This document shows, one piece after another, positions 50,721 through 63,980 of a stretch of 64,000 bases of DNA. A program made the position numbers and the translations under genes. The notes under the pieces are model-generated. The model did no database searches. It had not been told where the DNA came from and saw only the letters and a program-made list of their open reading frames with translations. Source of the stretch: Octopus sinensis. Lineage: Eukaryota. The stretch spans positions 39,010,464-39,074,463 of the forward strand of contig NC_043011.1 of assembly GCF_006345805.1 (NCBI RefSeq). The letters run 5' to 3'. Positions within the stretch are counted from its first letter, which is position 1. Every line of letters starts with the position of its first letter.

Positions 50721-52084
50721 ATATGCAATATAATTAGTGATATATGTTTTGCTGTGAATGTATAATTTGCGTAAAAACTTGCAAGATCTTTTTGGTAACT
50801 AAAAATGAAAAACCTGTTTCGTCTTTATTGAAACTCATCAGTGTTTTTTTTTTTTTTAATATATCGAACCACCGCACTGCTGAAGTTACATAAAAGTATA
50901 AACATTTTTTGAAATATTAAAGCAAATTTAAACCATATTTGTTTATTGTTGCTCTATATGACTTCAGTATAAACATCACACACACAAACACACACACACA
51001 CACACACACACAGGTGAGCTAGCAGAATTGTTAGCATGCTTGACAAAAATGCTGAACGGCATTTTATCCTTTTGTTCTAACTATAAATTCTGCGGAGTTC
51101 GAATACCAGCTTGCTCTGGGGGCTGTAGGAGGAGACATTTGCCCAAAGCGTCACACAGTGGGACTGAACCCAGGACCATGTTATTTGCAAGTAAATCTCC
51201 AAGTTCCATGCCGACCTGTGTTCAGTGTTTTGACAAGATCTGATAGGTTCAAAGACTGGGTTGCGCTCTAATGCCTGCTTTGGCATGGTTTCTACAGCTG
51301 GATGCCTAGTGGTTTTCTTGCCCCAATGCTAGGCATTCAGGTCACTTCAGGGTCACTATCAGACACCGTTCCTTTTATTTCCTTTGTTTCCCCATAAACT
51401 TGTATCACTACAACCACTTAGCCTTTTTTATTTATCTATTTATGTAATTTATTTTTTTATGTTTTTTGTTATCCATCTTATGCCATAATTGGAGCATGCA
51501 ATACATACAATTGCTTACGCTCACACACATAAATAAGACACACACACACATGGACCTACACAAACACCACTCGTGAAGGCCCCCCCCCCCTCCACTCCAC
51601 ACGTATTCTCAGAGATCTATATAAAATTCCTTTGCTGTGATTATTGCTTTTCTTCCCTCAATATCCTCCTCCCTCACTTCACCTGCCTCTGCCCCCTCCT
51701 CCTCCTCCTTCAATGCTTTCTTTTTTTCTTTTTCTCCGTTTCTCTTTCATCTCTTCTTTCTCTCGTCATCCTCCGTCACTCCGGTTATTGATTTACCCCT
51801 ACCTCCACCCTACATAAGTACTGCTATTAATGATTGATATTATTGACATCATTCTAGTGTTTCTTTATTCACTCACACTTGTGTTTCTTCTCGCTCTTTC
51901 CTCTGCCTGTCTAGTCTTTCCGTCTGTGTGTCCCTCCCTCTCTCTCTTACTTTGTCTCTCTCTTTCTCTGTTTCTGTCTCTCTCTTTCTCTCTCTCTCTC
52001 TCCATAGATTTTCCTTCCTCCATCTGTCGTTCTATTCGTCCAGTTTATCTCTGTGTGTGTATGTGAGTGTTTCATCATTTATTT

Positions 52085-52273
52085 ACATGTTTCAGTCATT
52101 TGACTACGGCCATGCTGGAGCACTGCCTCAAAGGGTTTTCATTGAAGAAATTGACCCCAGGACTTACTTTTGAGCCTAATACGTATTTTATTGTTTTTGT
52201 TTTGCCGGACTGTTAAGTTATGGGTGTGCAAGCACACCAACACAGGTTGTCAAGCTGTAATGTGGGAGAATGG

Positions 52274-52308
<35 letters not shown>

Positions 52309-52995
52309 CAACAAGCTTCTTTCAGTTTCCTCCTACCAAATCCACTCACAAGGCTTTGGTTGGTCCAACAAATCAACTCCAACAATTAATTTTTCACAGT
52401 CTGATATTCATTCTGTTGGTCAGTCTTTGCAGAGCCATTAAGTGACACAAGTGTGTAAAGATGAGTTTCCATACTGTCTCCATCTACTAAATTCACTCAC
52501 AAAGCACTTATTGTCCCCAGGCCTATATTAGAAGAACTTGCCCAAGGTGCCGTGCATTGGGACTGAACTGCAAACCACATCGCTGCAAAGCAAGCTTCTT
52601 AACCACACGGCCATGTCTGTGTTAATTTGTATTTCTGTATTTTATTCTTTCATTCATTTGACTGTGGCCATGCTGGAGCACTGCCTTAAAAGGTTTTCAT
52701 TGAACAGGGCTCACTTTTAAGCCTAGTACTTATTCTATTGCTGAACTGCTCGGTTATGGGTACGTAAACACACCAACACCAGTTGCCAAGTGGTGATGTG
52801 GGGGACAGACAAACACACACACACACACACATATAGTGGGCTTCTTTTAGTTTCCTCCTGCCAAATCCACTCACAAGGCTTTGGTTGGTCCAAGGCTATA
52901 GTAGAAAACACTTGCCCAAGGTACCATGCAGTGGGACTGAACCTGGAACCATATGGTTGCGAAGCAAGCTTCTTTCCACTCAGCCATACCTCTGT
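52085..52995 (-). mobile_element. Cluster of minus-strand SINE A copies and fragments
   Basis: A-family blocks at about 52085-52366, 52480-52620 and 52645-52995. Confidence 0.8.
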
Positions 52996-53109
52996 GATTT
53001 ATGGATTGTATGTTTTGTCCTGATTAGATTGCTTCAAAATAATATTGATTGATTATCTGCTCAATAGCAAACTTACCAAAAAAATAAAGATATATTTAAA
53101 ATATATACA

Positions 53110-53505
53110 TAGGTGCAGGAGTGGCTCTGTGGTAAGAAGCTTGCTTCCCAACCACATGGTTTCAGGTTCAGTCCTACTGCATAGCACCTTGGGCAAGTGC
53201 CTTCTACAATAGCCTCAGGCCAACCGAAGCCTTCTGAGTGGATTCGGTAGATAGAAACTGAAAGAAATCTGTGTTTGTCCCAGCTCCCTTGCTTGACAAC
53301 CGATAGTTGGTCTGTTTACGTCCCCGTAACTTAGCAGTTCGGCAAATGTTGGTCTGTTTACGTCCCCGTAACTTAGCAGTTCGGCAAATAAGACTGACAG
53401 AATAAGTACTAGGCTTACAAAGAATAAGTCTTGGGGTTGATTTGTTCCACTAATGACAGTGCACTAACTTAACCGCAGTCAAATGGCTGAATCAAACAAA
53501 AGAAT
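53110..53505 (+). mobile_element. SINE family A with internal 42-bp tandem duplication
   Basis: GTTGGTCTGTTTACGTCCCCGTAACTTAGCAGTTCGGCAAAT occurs twice in tandem at about 53306-53389. Confidence 0.88.
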
Positions 53506-53607
53506 ATACACATTTTTGACCTGGCTTTGACCTGGCTGGATACAAACAAGCTAGCTGTCATAAACGAGTGCCTTATGACAGCTAACTTGCCATGCTTTAT
53601 TCACCAT

Positions 53608-53643
<36 letters not shown>

Positions 53644-53789
53644 GCACGCACAAACACACTTGTCATCCTTGCACACACATACACACCCACGCACCCACAC
53701 ACATTCTTTTTTTTGAAGCTCTCTTGTTTTTAAAAATCATGATTCCTCTACCTCTCAACTTCTGTTCTTTCAACATGTGATCTCTTGAG

Positions 53790-53982
53790 CACCACCAGCA
53801 CAAATATTTTTTTCCTCTGTCTTCCCTTCTTGGGATCTTTCCTTCTCCTTGTTTCCAACGAAGAGCTCCGCTCGAAACGTTAAACCCTCCTTCCCTTCTT
53901 TCCTGAGCGTCAAATAATACTTTAATTGTTCCACGTCCTCGCGTTGCTGTTTTTTTCTGTGTTTTCTTGTTGGAATTAACTT

Positions 53983-53985
<3 letters not shown>
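53790..53985 (+). mobile_element. Penelope-like short repeat with hammerhead-like motif
   Basis: CCAACGA-A-GAGC-TCC-GCTC-GAAA-CGTT at 53855-53881, then T-rich tail and (TA)n. Confidence 0.55.
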
Positions 53986-54014
<29 letters not shown>

Positions 54015-55161
54015 CATATACACATACAAATGTGCACACATGCATATGTGTATGCGCACACACATGCATACAATCAAACAAACAAAACAAAAAGGACTCA
54101 GTTCAGATAACGGACAGTCAACGACTATTGAAATGAATGTAAGATGCAATGAAAATTTTAGTAAAAATATATGAGTGGAAATCGGACCGGTGAGTGTGTC
54201 AAATTAATAAGGCATTAAAAGAGAATGACTCTCCCCAGGCACAATATATATATATATATATACTTTATTTAAAAGCAGCAGAAATTGAACAAAAGCTGCT
54301 ACTCGGAGTTCTCGTTCCCGTTCATTGGATAGTTTTGTTAAAATGGAACCGAGATAACAATTTGATCAGAACTAGCTAAACGATACACCTTTCAAAATGG
54401 ATTTGTTTGATTGGTCTTTTCAAATAACGGTCATATGTGAGTGATAAACATCATCATCATCATCATTTAACGTCCGCTTTCCATGATAGCATGGGTTGGA
54501 CGGTTCAACTGGGGTCTGGGAAGCCAGAAGGCTGCACCAGGCCAGTCAGATCTGGCAGTGTTTCTACAGCTGGATGCCCTTCCTAACGCCAACCACTCCG
54601 TGAGTGTAGTGGGTGCTTTTTATGTGCCACCGACACAGGTGCCAGACGAGGCTGGCGAACGGCCACGCTCGGATGGTGTTTTTTTTTTTGTGCCACCGAC
54701 ACAGGTGCCAGACGAGGCTGGCAAACGGTCACACTCGGGTGGTGTTTTTTACGTGCCACCGGCACGGAGACCAGGCGAGGCTGGCACAGCCACGTTCGGA
54801 TGGTGTTTGTTACGTGCCCAGTGTAGAAAATATAATTTGATTAATACAGTTAATACATAAAAATTGAAATTAAAATATATTAAAATATTTCACAACAGTA
54901 TATACTCATATATATATATATATATATAATATATATATACACATACAAATGTGCACACATGCATATGTGTATGTGCACACATATGCATACAATCAAACAA
55001 ACAAAACAAAAAGGACTCAGTTCAGATAACGGACAGTCAACGACTATTGAAAAGATTGTAAGATGCGATGAAAATTTTAGTAAAAATATATGAGTGGAAA
55101 TCAGACTGGTGAGTGTGTCAAATTAATAAGGCATTAAAAGAGAATGACTCTCCCCAGACAC

Positions 55162-55193
<32 letters not shown>

Positions 55194-55904
55194 TATTTAA
55201 AAGCAGCAGAAATTGAACAAAAGCTGCTACTCAGAGTTTCTCGTTCCCGTTCATTGGACAGTTTTGTTAAAATGGAACCGAGATAACAATTTGATCAGAA
55301 CTAGCTAAACGATACACCTTTCAAAATGGATTTGTTTGATTGGTCCTTTCAAATAACGGTCATATGTGAGTGATAAACATCATCATCATCATCATTTAAC
55401 GTCCGCTTTCCATGATAGCATGGGTTGGACGGTTCAACTGGGGTCTGGGAAGCCAGAAGGCTGCACCAGGCCAGTCAGATCTGGCAGTGTTTCTACAGCT
55501 GGATGCCCTTCCTAACGCCAACAACTCCGTGAGTGTAGTGGGTGCTTTTTATGTGCCACCGACACAGGTGCCAGACAAGGCTGGCGAACGGCCACGCTCG
55601 GATGGTTTTTTTTTTTTTTTTTTGTGCCACCGACACAGGTGCCAGACAAGGCTGGCGAACGGCCACGCTCGGATGGTGTTTTTTTTTTTGTGCCACCGAC
55701 ACAGGTGCCAGACGAGGCTGGCGAACGGTCGCACTCGGGTGGTGTTTTTTACATGCCACCGGCACGGAGACCAGGCGAGGCTGGCACAGCCACGTTCGGA
55801 TGGTGTTTGTTACGTGCCCAATGTAGAAAATATAATTTGATTAATACAGTTAATACATAAAAATTGAAATTAAAATATATTAAAATATTTCACAACAGTA
55901 TATA

Positions 55905-55935
<31 letters not shown>
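53985..55935. repeat. Tandem duplication, about 0.92-1.0-kb unit, bounded by (TA)n, each unit containing a family C element
   Basis: ACACATACAAATGTGCACAC at about 54020 and 54939; TATACTCATATA at 54901 and 55901; scattered substitutions and one extra internal unit in copy 2. Confidence 0.95.
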
Positions 55936-55939
<4 letters not shown>

Positions 55940-56375
55940 TAGCGTATTAAATACCCTAAAATCAGAGCCAACCCTCCAAAACCACAAGAATCTCACTATA
56001 AAGATACACATGAGCAATGCAATGAACATTTGAGAAATATGCTTTGTGTTAATACATCAGTAAGTAATTTATGTTTCAATACTAATTAATTTCACCATCT
56101 GTATGACCAACATACTGTGAGATCTTCAGTTGAAAATAACATTTTAACCTCCATTTCTAAAATATTCCCTACATTAGCTCGTGTGCGTGCCTTACTTTAA
56201 ACGTCCCATGCCATTTTAAAAGAAAACTATCGTGATCAAGAATAAATTTAATCAAAGATGTGTTATTACCGTTCTTAATGATATTAATAAGATAATAATG
56301 TGTGCACATTTGTATGTATGTATGTATATACTCTGCATGTATGTGTGTATGCATATATGTATGCATGTGTGCACA

Positions 56376-56407
<32 letters not shown>

Positions 56408-56438
56408 CATATATATATACGTATGTGTGTGTGTGTAT

Positions 56439-56840
56439 ACTCTTTTTACTCTTTTACTTGTTTCAGTCATTTGACTGCGGCCATGCTGGAGCACCGCCTT
56501 TAATCGAGCAATTTGATCCCGGGACTTATTCTTTTGTAAGCCCAGTATTTATTCTATCGGTCTCTTTTGCCGAACCGCTAAGTAACGGGGACATAAACAC
56601 ACCAGCATCGGTTGTCAAGCAATGCTAGGGGGACAAACACAGACACACATACACTCATATATATATACATATATACGACGAGCTTCTTTCAGTTTCCGTC
56701 TACCAAATCCACTCACAGGGATTTGGTCGGCCTGAGGCTATAGTAGAAGACACTTGCCCAAGGTGCCACGCAGTGGAACTGAACCCGGAACCATGTGGTT
56801 GGTAAACAAGCTACTTACCACACAGCCACTCCTGTGCCTA
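56439..56840 (-). mobile_element. SINE family A, full length
   Basis: Reverse complement of the canonical A element. Confidence 0.92.
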
Positions 56841-56844
56841 TATA

Positions 56845-57392
56845 CAGGGTTATTAAAAAAGAATGAACCAATTTCATTATGCAATATATTAATAAGGAAA
56901 AACAATAGAGAACTCCAGCTAAGTCACAAGTATTTACTCACAATCAACTTTTATTTTCTGTCATACAAGTGTTCAATGTGGCCACCACCACCACCACCAG
57001 CAGCATGAGCCACATCAGTGCGATAATAGAATTCCTCTCAAACGCATATCAGCAGACCATGATCCACTGAGTTGATCACAGTTGTTATTTGAAGTTTAAA
57101 GGTCATCGAGGTTAGTGGGTAGCGGTGGAGTTTTCTAAGTTTTGAATGGCCACCACACCTTAAACATTTTAATAACAACAGCGATCAACTCATTGGATCG
57201 TGATATGCGTCTGGAAGGAATTCTCTTATCGCATTGATGTTGTCAGTGCTTCAGGTGGTGGCCACATTGGACACTTGTAAGACAGGAAATAAAAATTGAT
57301 TGTGAGTAAATACTTGTGACTTAGCTGGAGTTTTCTATTGCTTTTAATTATTAAAATATTGCCTAATGAAATCAGTTCATTCTTTTTCAATA

Positions 57393-57398
<6 letters not shown>
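56845..57398. mobile_element. Tc1/mariner-type foldback MITE with ~250-bp inverted arms, TA target
   Basis: TA-CAGGGTTATTAAAAAAGAATGAAC ... GTTCATTCTTTTTCAATAACCCT(A)-TA; CTCCAGCTAAGTCACAAGTATTTACTCACAATCAA is mirrored at about 57296-57330. Confidence 0.9.
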
Positions 57399-57424
<26 letters not shown>

Positions 57425-57679
57425 GGTGTTTCTGGGATATTTTATATATCCCTTCATTGGAGACAGTGCGCGAAATGGTCAAGCAATAATTATTCTAGAG
57501 AAGATATGAAATAGTGAGTGAAGTGGAGGAATGAAAATGAAAACAGGCGTGCGATATGCAGGGATATTGTATCTGCAGTTCCATTATTTAATCAGAATGG
57601 TATACATATGTTTCCAGTGCCTTGTGTGTAAGTTCCAATAGTATTTAAAATTGGTCATTCCAACCATCATTTGTACACG

Positions 57680-57915
57680 GTGTTATTGGATTGAGGGTTT
57701 TATATATAATGCCCTCTGTCTGGCATTCGCCATGATAGATCGCTAACCACTGAATGTTTTTGTTTTCTCTCCCTGTTTATTTTTGTGTTCCTTTCTGACG
57801 AAGAGCGTAGGCTCAAAATGTAAAAAACTTTCTCACCTCCCGAGTGTTAAACTAATACTTCTGTTTGTTATTTACACACTCATCTTCGTCTTTTTTTTTT
57901 GTAAATTCTCACTAT
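57680..57915 (+). mobile_element. Penelope-like short repeat with hammerhead-like motif
   Basis: CTGACGA-A-GAGC-GTAG-GCTC-AAAA-TGT at 57795-57821; downstream similar to 53880-53985; ends at (TA)n. Confidence 0.55.
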
Positions 57916-58471
57916 ATATATATATATGTATATATATATAGGTTAAATAAACATCAGAGGTGCTTTGCCCTACACAGGAACTGCAGGAGCTACTCAGAGG
58001 TTTTGCAAGCTTTTCTAAATCCATTGCAAAAGCTGGAAACCTTTTCTTTGCTCTTTATCCTGTATGCTTTACCTGGGTGGGGCATCGAGGACTGATCTAG
58101 TCTTCACCAAGAAAAGAGTTCCATTTGTGATTTCTTATCAACCATAGCCATCTTGAGTTTGTTCCAGCTGCTGTGCTTATTTCTTCAGTTGTCTGGGCAT
58201 GTTTTCGTTCTTATTGCCAACTTTTATCTGTCCTGAGAGGATGATGAAAGAGACAAAGTTGATCTCAGCAGGATTTGAACTCAGGATGTAAAGATGCGGA
58301 AGTAATGCTGTAGAGCATTTCACTAACTATTAAGCCTGCTCGCTGCCTTCCAAAATGGTGATGATAAGAAAAATTATGTAAATAATGTGTGTGTGTGCGT
58401 GATATGTTCGTATACAGAAATCGCTCCCTCATGTTTGTATATGTGTATATATATATGTGTGTGTATGTATG

Positions 58472-58506
<35 letters not shown>

Positions 58507-59387
58507 TTATATATATATATTTACACACACACACACACACATACATACACACACAGGGTGAAAGAGTGAGAGAAGTAAATATTTCGAGAGATTATTGTAT
58601 AGATAAACAGACAGATATTGAAGACAGCTTATAGATAGATAATAAGAGAGGTCTTTAAAGAAATATAATATAGAAAGACAGATAAATGGATGTATATTTA
58701 GAGATATATAGATAGATAGACAGACAAACAGATAGATAGATAATGAGGTAGATAGATATTCTGAGTGATAATAGATAGGTAGGTAGGTGAATGAAGAAAG
58801 AGAGAAGAAGCGAAACGAAGGAATGTTTTCGATAATGTAAGCTTGCTGAATGGTAAACCATAATGCTGATGGCACTTCATTGTAATTAGCTGTATTTAAA
58901 CGAGCTTTCAGCCTTGCCATGCTGGTTATGTTCCAGTAACTCAAGCTCGTTACAAATAATCAATTGTTATTCGAGTCACTTTCAATACAACTGCGAGAGC
59001 CATGTAATTTTATCTTCCATTTAAAGAAAGAAATAAAGATTACCAGACACACACATACACATACATATATATATATACATACGAACATATATACATATAT
59101 ACATACAAACATGACGCACGCATGGGCATGCGCGTACGCACACGTACACATGGGTATACCTGCACGGATGCATACATACACACCAATACACTTGCACGCA
59201 TACATGTACTCAAACACATACAGGCATGTTCATACACATACACACATGCGCGCGCATGCCGGAGTGTGCTCACACATACACACAAGCAAGCTTGCAGATA
59301 CACACACACACACTCACACATGTATGTACTTAAACTAACACACTGTCATGCATGCATTCACTTACATGTAAGCACAAATGGACATGC

Positions 59388-59422
<35 letters not shown>

Positions 59423-59996
59423 TATTCACTTATATATTTAGTCACACTTATATGAGTATGCATTGATGTACACTTCTATGTATAGCTTCATGCATACTTA
59501 CTGACATGCATTGCTGATTCTGTGTGTGTGTTCATTTGTGTATGTGTTAGCAGAGAAGAGAGTGTGTGAGCGTGTGTCTATGAAAGCATCACAGTATATG
59601 CAAACGTACACTGCGACATGTTGCAACATGCTGCCTTTCTTGTGAATGCGCCGTTGCGTGCATGGCGCAGCGATTTCTCCACACACCTAACCTTGTGAAC
59701 ACGCTAGCAAGCGAGTGTTGCTGAAATGAACACGCATACAAAAATGTCACAATCCACACACACACACACACACACATACAGAAATCACAAATACACGCAC
59801 ACATTTTTCCGTACACATACGACAGAACACGCGACTGTCGCGCAGATGGATAATGACATTGTACGTGCATATACGCATGCTCACCTCACCGTAATGCACA
59901 CGCATACACAATTATCTCGCGCTCTCTCTCTCTCTCTCTTCCTCTGTCCCTCGTTCATGTAGACAGGCATTAAGCTCTCAATTGTACTCCACAGTT

Positions 59997-60040
<44 letters not shown>

Positions 60041-60307
60041 CACCCCACCCTCACATGCAGAAACACATGTACTTGGCTACCTTGTACACAACCATCTAAC
60101 TTGTGAATAGCAACATACTAATGCATCTCATATTGGCAACTATTTCAAACACAGTCACATGCATAACAAGACCAAACACAAACTATATATGCCTGTGTGT
60201 GTGGTGTGTATATTATATATAATATATATATACATACATGGTGCATACAAACATTCATACGTTTTTATATATATATATATGCTTATATATTATATATGTG
60301 TGGTGTG

Positions 60308-60366
<59 letters not shown>

Positions 60367-60627
60367 ATGTATATATATAATTTTTTAAGCAGCAGAAAAT
60401 TCAGAGTAACAGATTTTGTTGAATTCTGCTGCTTAAAATAAAGTATTACTCTACCACTGGTATTGAGTACTCTTTTTTCCACCTTGTTTTCACATTTATG
60501 TGTTTACTAGGTATATATATATATATATATACATTATGCATACACACATTCATACAGTTTATATACATATGCTTGTATATATATATATGTGTGTGTGTTA
60601 TATATATATATATATATATATATGAGA

Positions 60628-60872
60628 CAGGCTTTTTTCAGTTTCCATCTACCAGATCCATTTACAAGGCTTTGGTCAGCTTGGGGCTATAGTAGAAGAC
60701 ACTTGCCCAAGGTGTCATACAGTCACTCTGAATCTAGCTGTAGAAAGTCTGCCAGATCAGATTGGAGCCTTGTGCAGCCATCAGGTTCGCCAGTCCTCAG
60801 TCAAATCGTCCAACCCATGCTAGCATGGAAAGCGGATATTAAACGATGATGGTGATGATGATGATGATGATG
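60628..60872. mobile_element. SINE A fragment (-) fused to family C 3' end (+)
   Basis: GGCTTTTTCAGTTTCC...CACTTGCCCAAGG followed by GCTGTAGAAAG...GGAAAGCGGATATTAAACGATGAT. Confidence 0.75.
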
Positions 60873-61600
60873 TATGCAAGTTTATATATGTACACACACA
60901 CACACACACGTGCACACATCCATAAATATGGGCACATGTTTGAGCTTCGCAAAGTCCTTTGGCTCCGCACTTCATGCCGAACTGTCCAGCCCATGCCACC
61001 ATGGGGTAAATGACATTAAATAATGATGATGATGATGATAGTGATATGTAACATCAACCTATAGACACACACACAGTTCTCCTTATACTTCATTATAACA
61101 CTGCCTTACACATCACATACACTATGTGCATTTTATACTTACATAACATAATATTCCCTGATACACATACACATGTGCACATGCATGCACAAACACACAT
61201 GCAACACATATGCTGTGCATATAAATATACACACATTCCGTACATATACACTTGCACATTCCCTTAAGTATATATAATATATATATATATATATATGTGT
61301 ATATATAATTCTAACCCAGCACACACACATATACGCCATGTACATATTCTGTTCACAATAACATAATATCTATTCCCTGATGCACACACACACACACACC
61401 CTCCTTGTTTCTCAGTAACACATGCACGCTTGCACAACACTCCCTTAAACACAGACACGCACACACACAAAGCCCTAACCTTACACACATACTCTAATGT
61501 ACATTTCATACTCATATAACATTCCCTGACGTGTGCACACACACACACACACACGTACATACACACAGAAACACGCACACACAGAAACACACGCATGCAA

Positions 61601-61633
<33 letters not shown>

Positions 61634-61759
61634 ACCCCATTACTTATCTCTGATGAATTGTAATTCTTTCATTTCACTAACTTCAAAATGTTTTATTGAT
61701 TTGATAGCTGAAATATTTTTATTTCATTGACTGCCAGATGTATTAAACACTCTCTCTGC

Positions 61760-61804
<45 letters not shown>

Positions 61805-62294
61805 GGTGTATGTACAGAGCTGCTTGATACGTTACATTGTGTTGTGTGTGTGAAACACTAGTGACTGTATAGGTGATTATTATATATATATATATATAAT
61901 ATATGTATGTATGTGTAGATGTGTGTATAACTGCTAGATGCTTTAAATGTGTGTGTGTAGGTGATGATTTGTTTGTGTCTGTCTGTCTCTCTCTCTGATA
62001 TATATATATGTATATATATTATATATGTCTGTATGTGTGTTGATAAATGTGGATGTATATAAATATGTGTGTATGACTGCTAGATGCATTAAAAATTTTG
62101 TATGTGTGTGGATGATGTGTCTGTGTGTGTGATGATAGTATAATATGTGTGTGTTTGCGTGTCTGTGTAACTGTTAGATGCATTAAATATTGTATGGAGA
62201 TTATGATCATAATGATTATGTTAATATAAATGTGTGTGTGTGTATAACTGCCAGATTATTATGTATGAATGCATTAGTTTTACGTGTATGTATG

Positions 62295-62357
<63 letters not shown>

Positions 62358-63599
62358 TATTAACTGCTATATAAATATGTGTGTATCCAGGGGTTGTGGA
62401 TATGTATGTGTTTGTGTGTGTAGAAGTGTATACCTCTCTATATAGGTGTTTGCCGTTAACTGCTATATATGTATGTATGTATGTATGTGTATAACTACCA
62501 GTTGTATAAAACACTATTGTGTATATGTGTGTGCATGCGTGTGTGTATGTATGTATGTGTACACACATACAGACACAATGGTGGTGGCTCTGTGCATGTA
62601 TGTATTGTGTGTGTGTGTATGTACATAGTTGTGGTTGTACATATATATACGTGAGTGTATCCTTTTTTTCTAATGCTTTTATTTTAAAATATTCTTCTCG
62701 TTTAATGTAAAAACAATGTTTATTTACTCTCTGTAGAAATACATAGTAAAAATCGGAGTGTGTGTGTGTGTGTTGTATGTGTGTATATGTTGTATGTGTA
62801 TGTGCCAAGTTGTATAAAGGAGACAGGGAGTTAACAATATTTTGAAATGTGGAAAAAAATAAAAGCGCATAAAAAAATATTTACAAGAAACAGCAATTTA
62901 TATATATGTATGCATGTATGTATATTCAGTACAGATGTATATATATATATATTTATTTCTTTGTGTGTATAATGTATTTTTTCCTGTGTTTGTATTTGCC
63001 TGTATTGCAAATGGTTTTGTTACGATTCCTGCACTGGGCAAGAATTAGGTCAGAAATCTTTCATGATCGATGTTGTGTTCTTTGTCTTTGCCCTTCTTCA
63101 AACAATGGTGGTTGGCCATATTGGCTTTTCCCCCTGCCTCCACTTTCCCCTATATTGAAGGTGGGTTATTTGCCCAGGCATTTCCTGTCTGTAAGGCAAA
63201 TGAACATACAATTTTTTGCTTACCTGTAAAGGCGACCTGCATATTTTTGACTGTTGGCATATTATGTATATAAATAAGGACACAGAGAGTTTTTTTTTAC
63301 ATGCATTTCTACACAGAGTTCACACTGGTTCAATGTAAAAAGTGCTGGTGATGGTGCCACGTAAAAAGCACCAAATCTGGTACTATGCAAAAAGCATCTG
63401 GTGCACTCTGTAAAGTGGTTGGCATTGGGAAGAGCATCCAGCTGTAGAAACCAAACCAAAACAGATTATGGAACCTACTGCAGCTTCTGGCTTTGCAAGC
63501 ATGGAAAACAGATTTTGATGATGATCTGTATGTCCTGATCTGTACATAGAGGAATCTGTATATATGAATTATATATAGGTTTATGTATGTTCTTTGTGC

Positions 63600-63980
63600 A
63601 ATGATTGTGAGTTACCCGTGGTTGTATTTCATATCCAACCAATGTCAATGCTTTAAAACTGGGATATGTAGTGGTACTTGTGTGATTCAGGAGAGTCACT
63701 TTAGACTGTTTGGTCATATTGCTCGGTTTTTGTTCCCTGTTGGATCCTGTGTATTGTGTTCTTGTCTCTGGGGATCCGGCTCTGGGAGTGATGGCTCCTG
63801 TCGGTTGGCCACATGCCTCGTGGTCATGGCAAATGAGGAAGTATCTCACAGAGTTGGGAACTAATTGGAGTACTGCTCAGAGGGTTCCCTTGGATGACCT
63901 GAGCAAATATCAATAAATGGTGGTCACAGTGACGTGTTACGATGCCCCCTCCCCAACCATCTGACCTGACTTGACTTCAC
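63600..63980 (+). pseudogene. RTE-clade LINE 3' end remnant
   Basis: IVSYPWLYFISNQ...CVIQESHFRLFGHIARF, frameshift, then DPVYCVL..GDP....PVGWPHASWSWQMRKYLTELG. Typical RTE RLFGH.AR / GRP..SW C-terminus; short TGAC(C/T) tandem tail at about 63961-63976. Confidence 0.8.

Noticed and set aside
58040-58220. Possible fourth LINE 3' remnant on the minus strand
   Set aside because: Only vague resemblance to RTE termini; too degraded to support.
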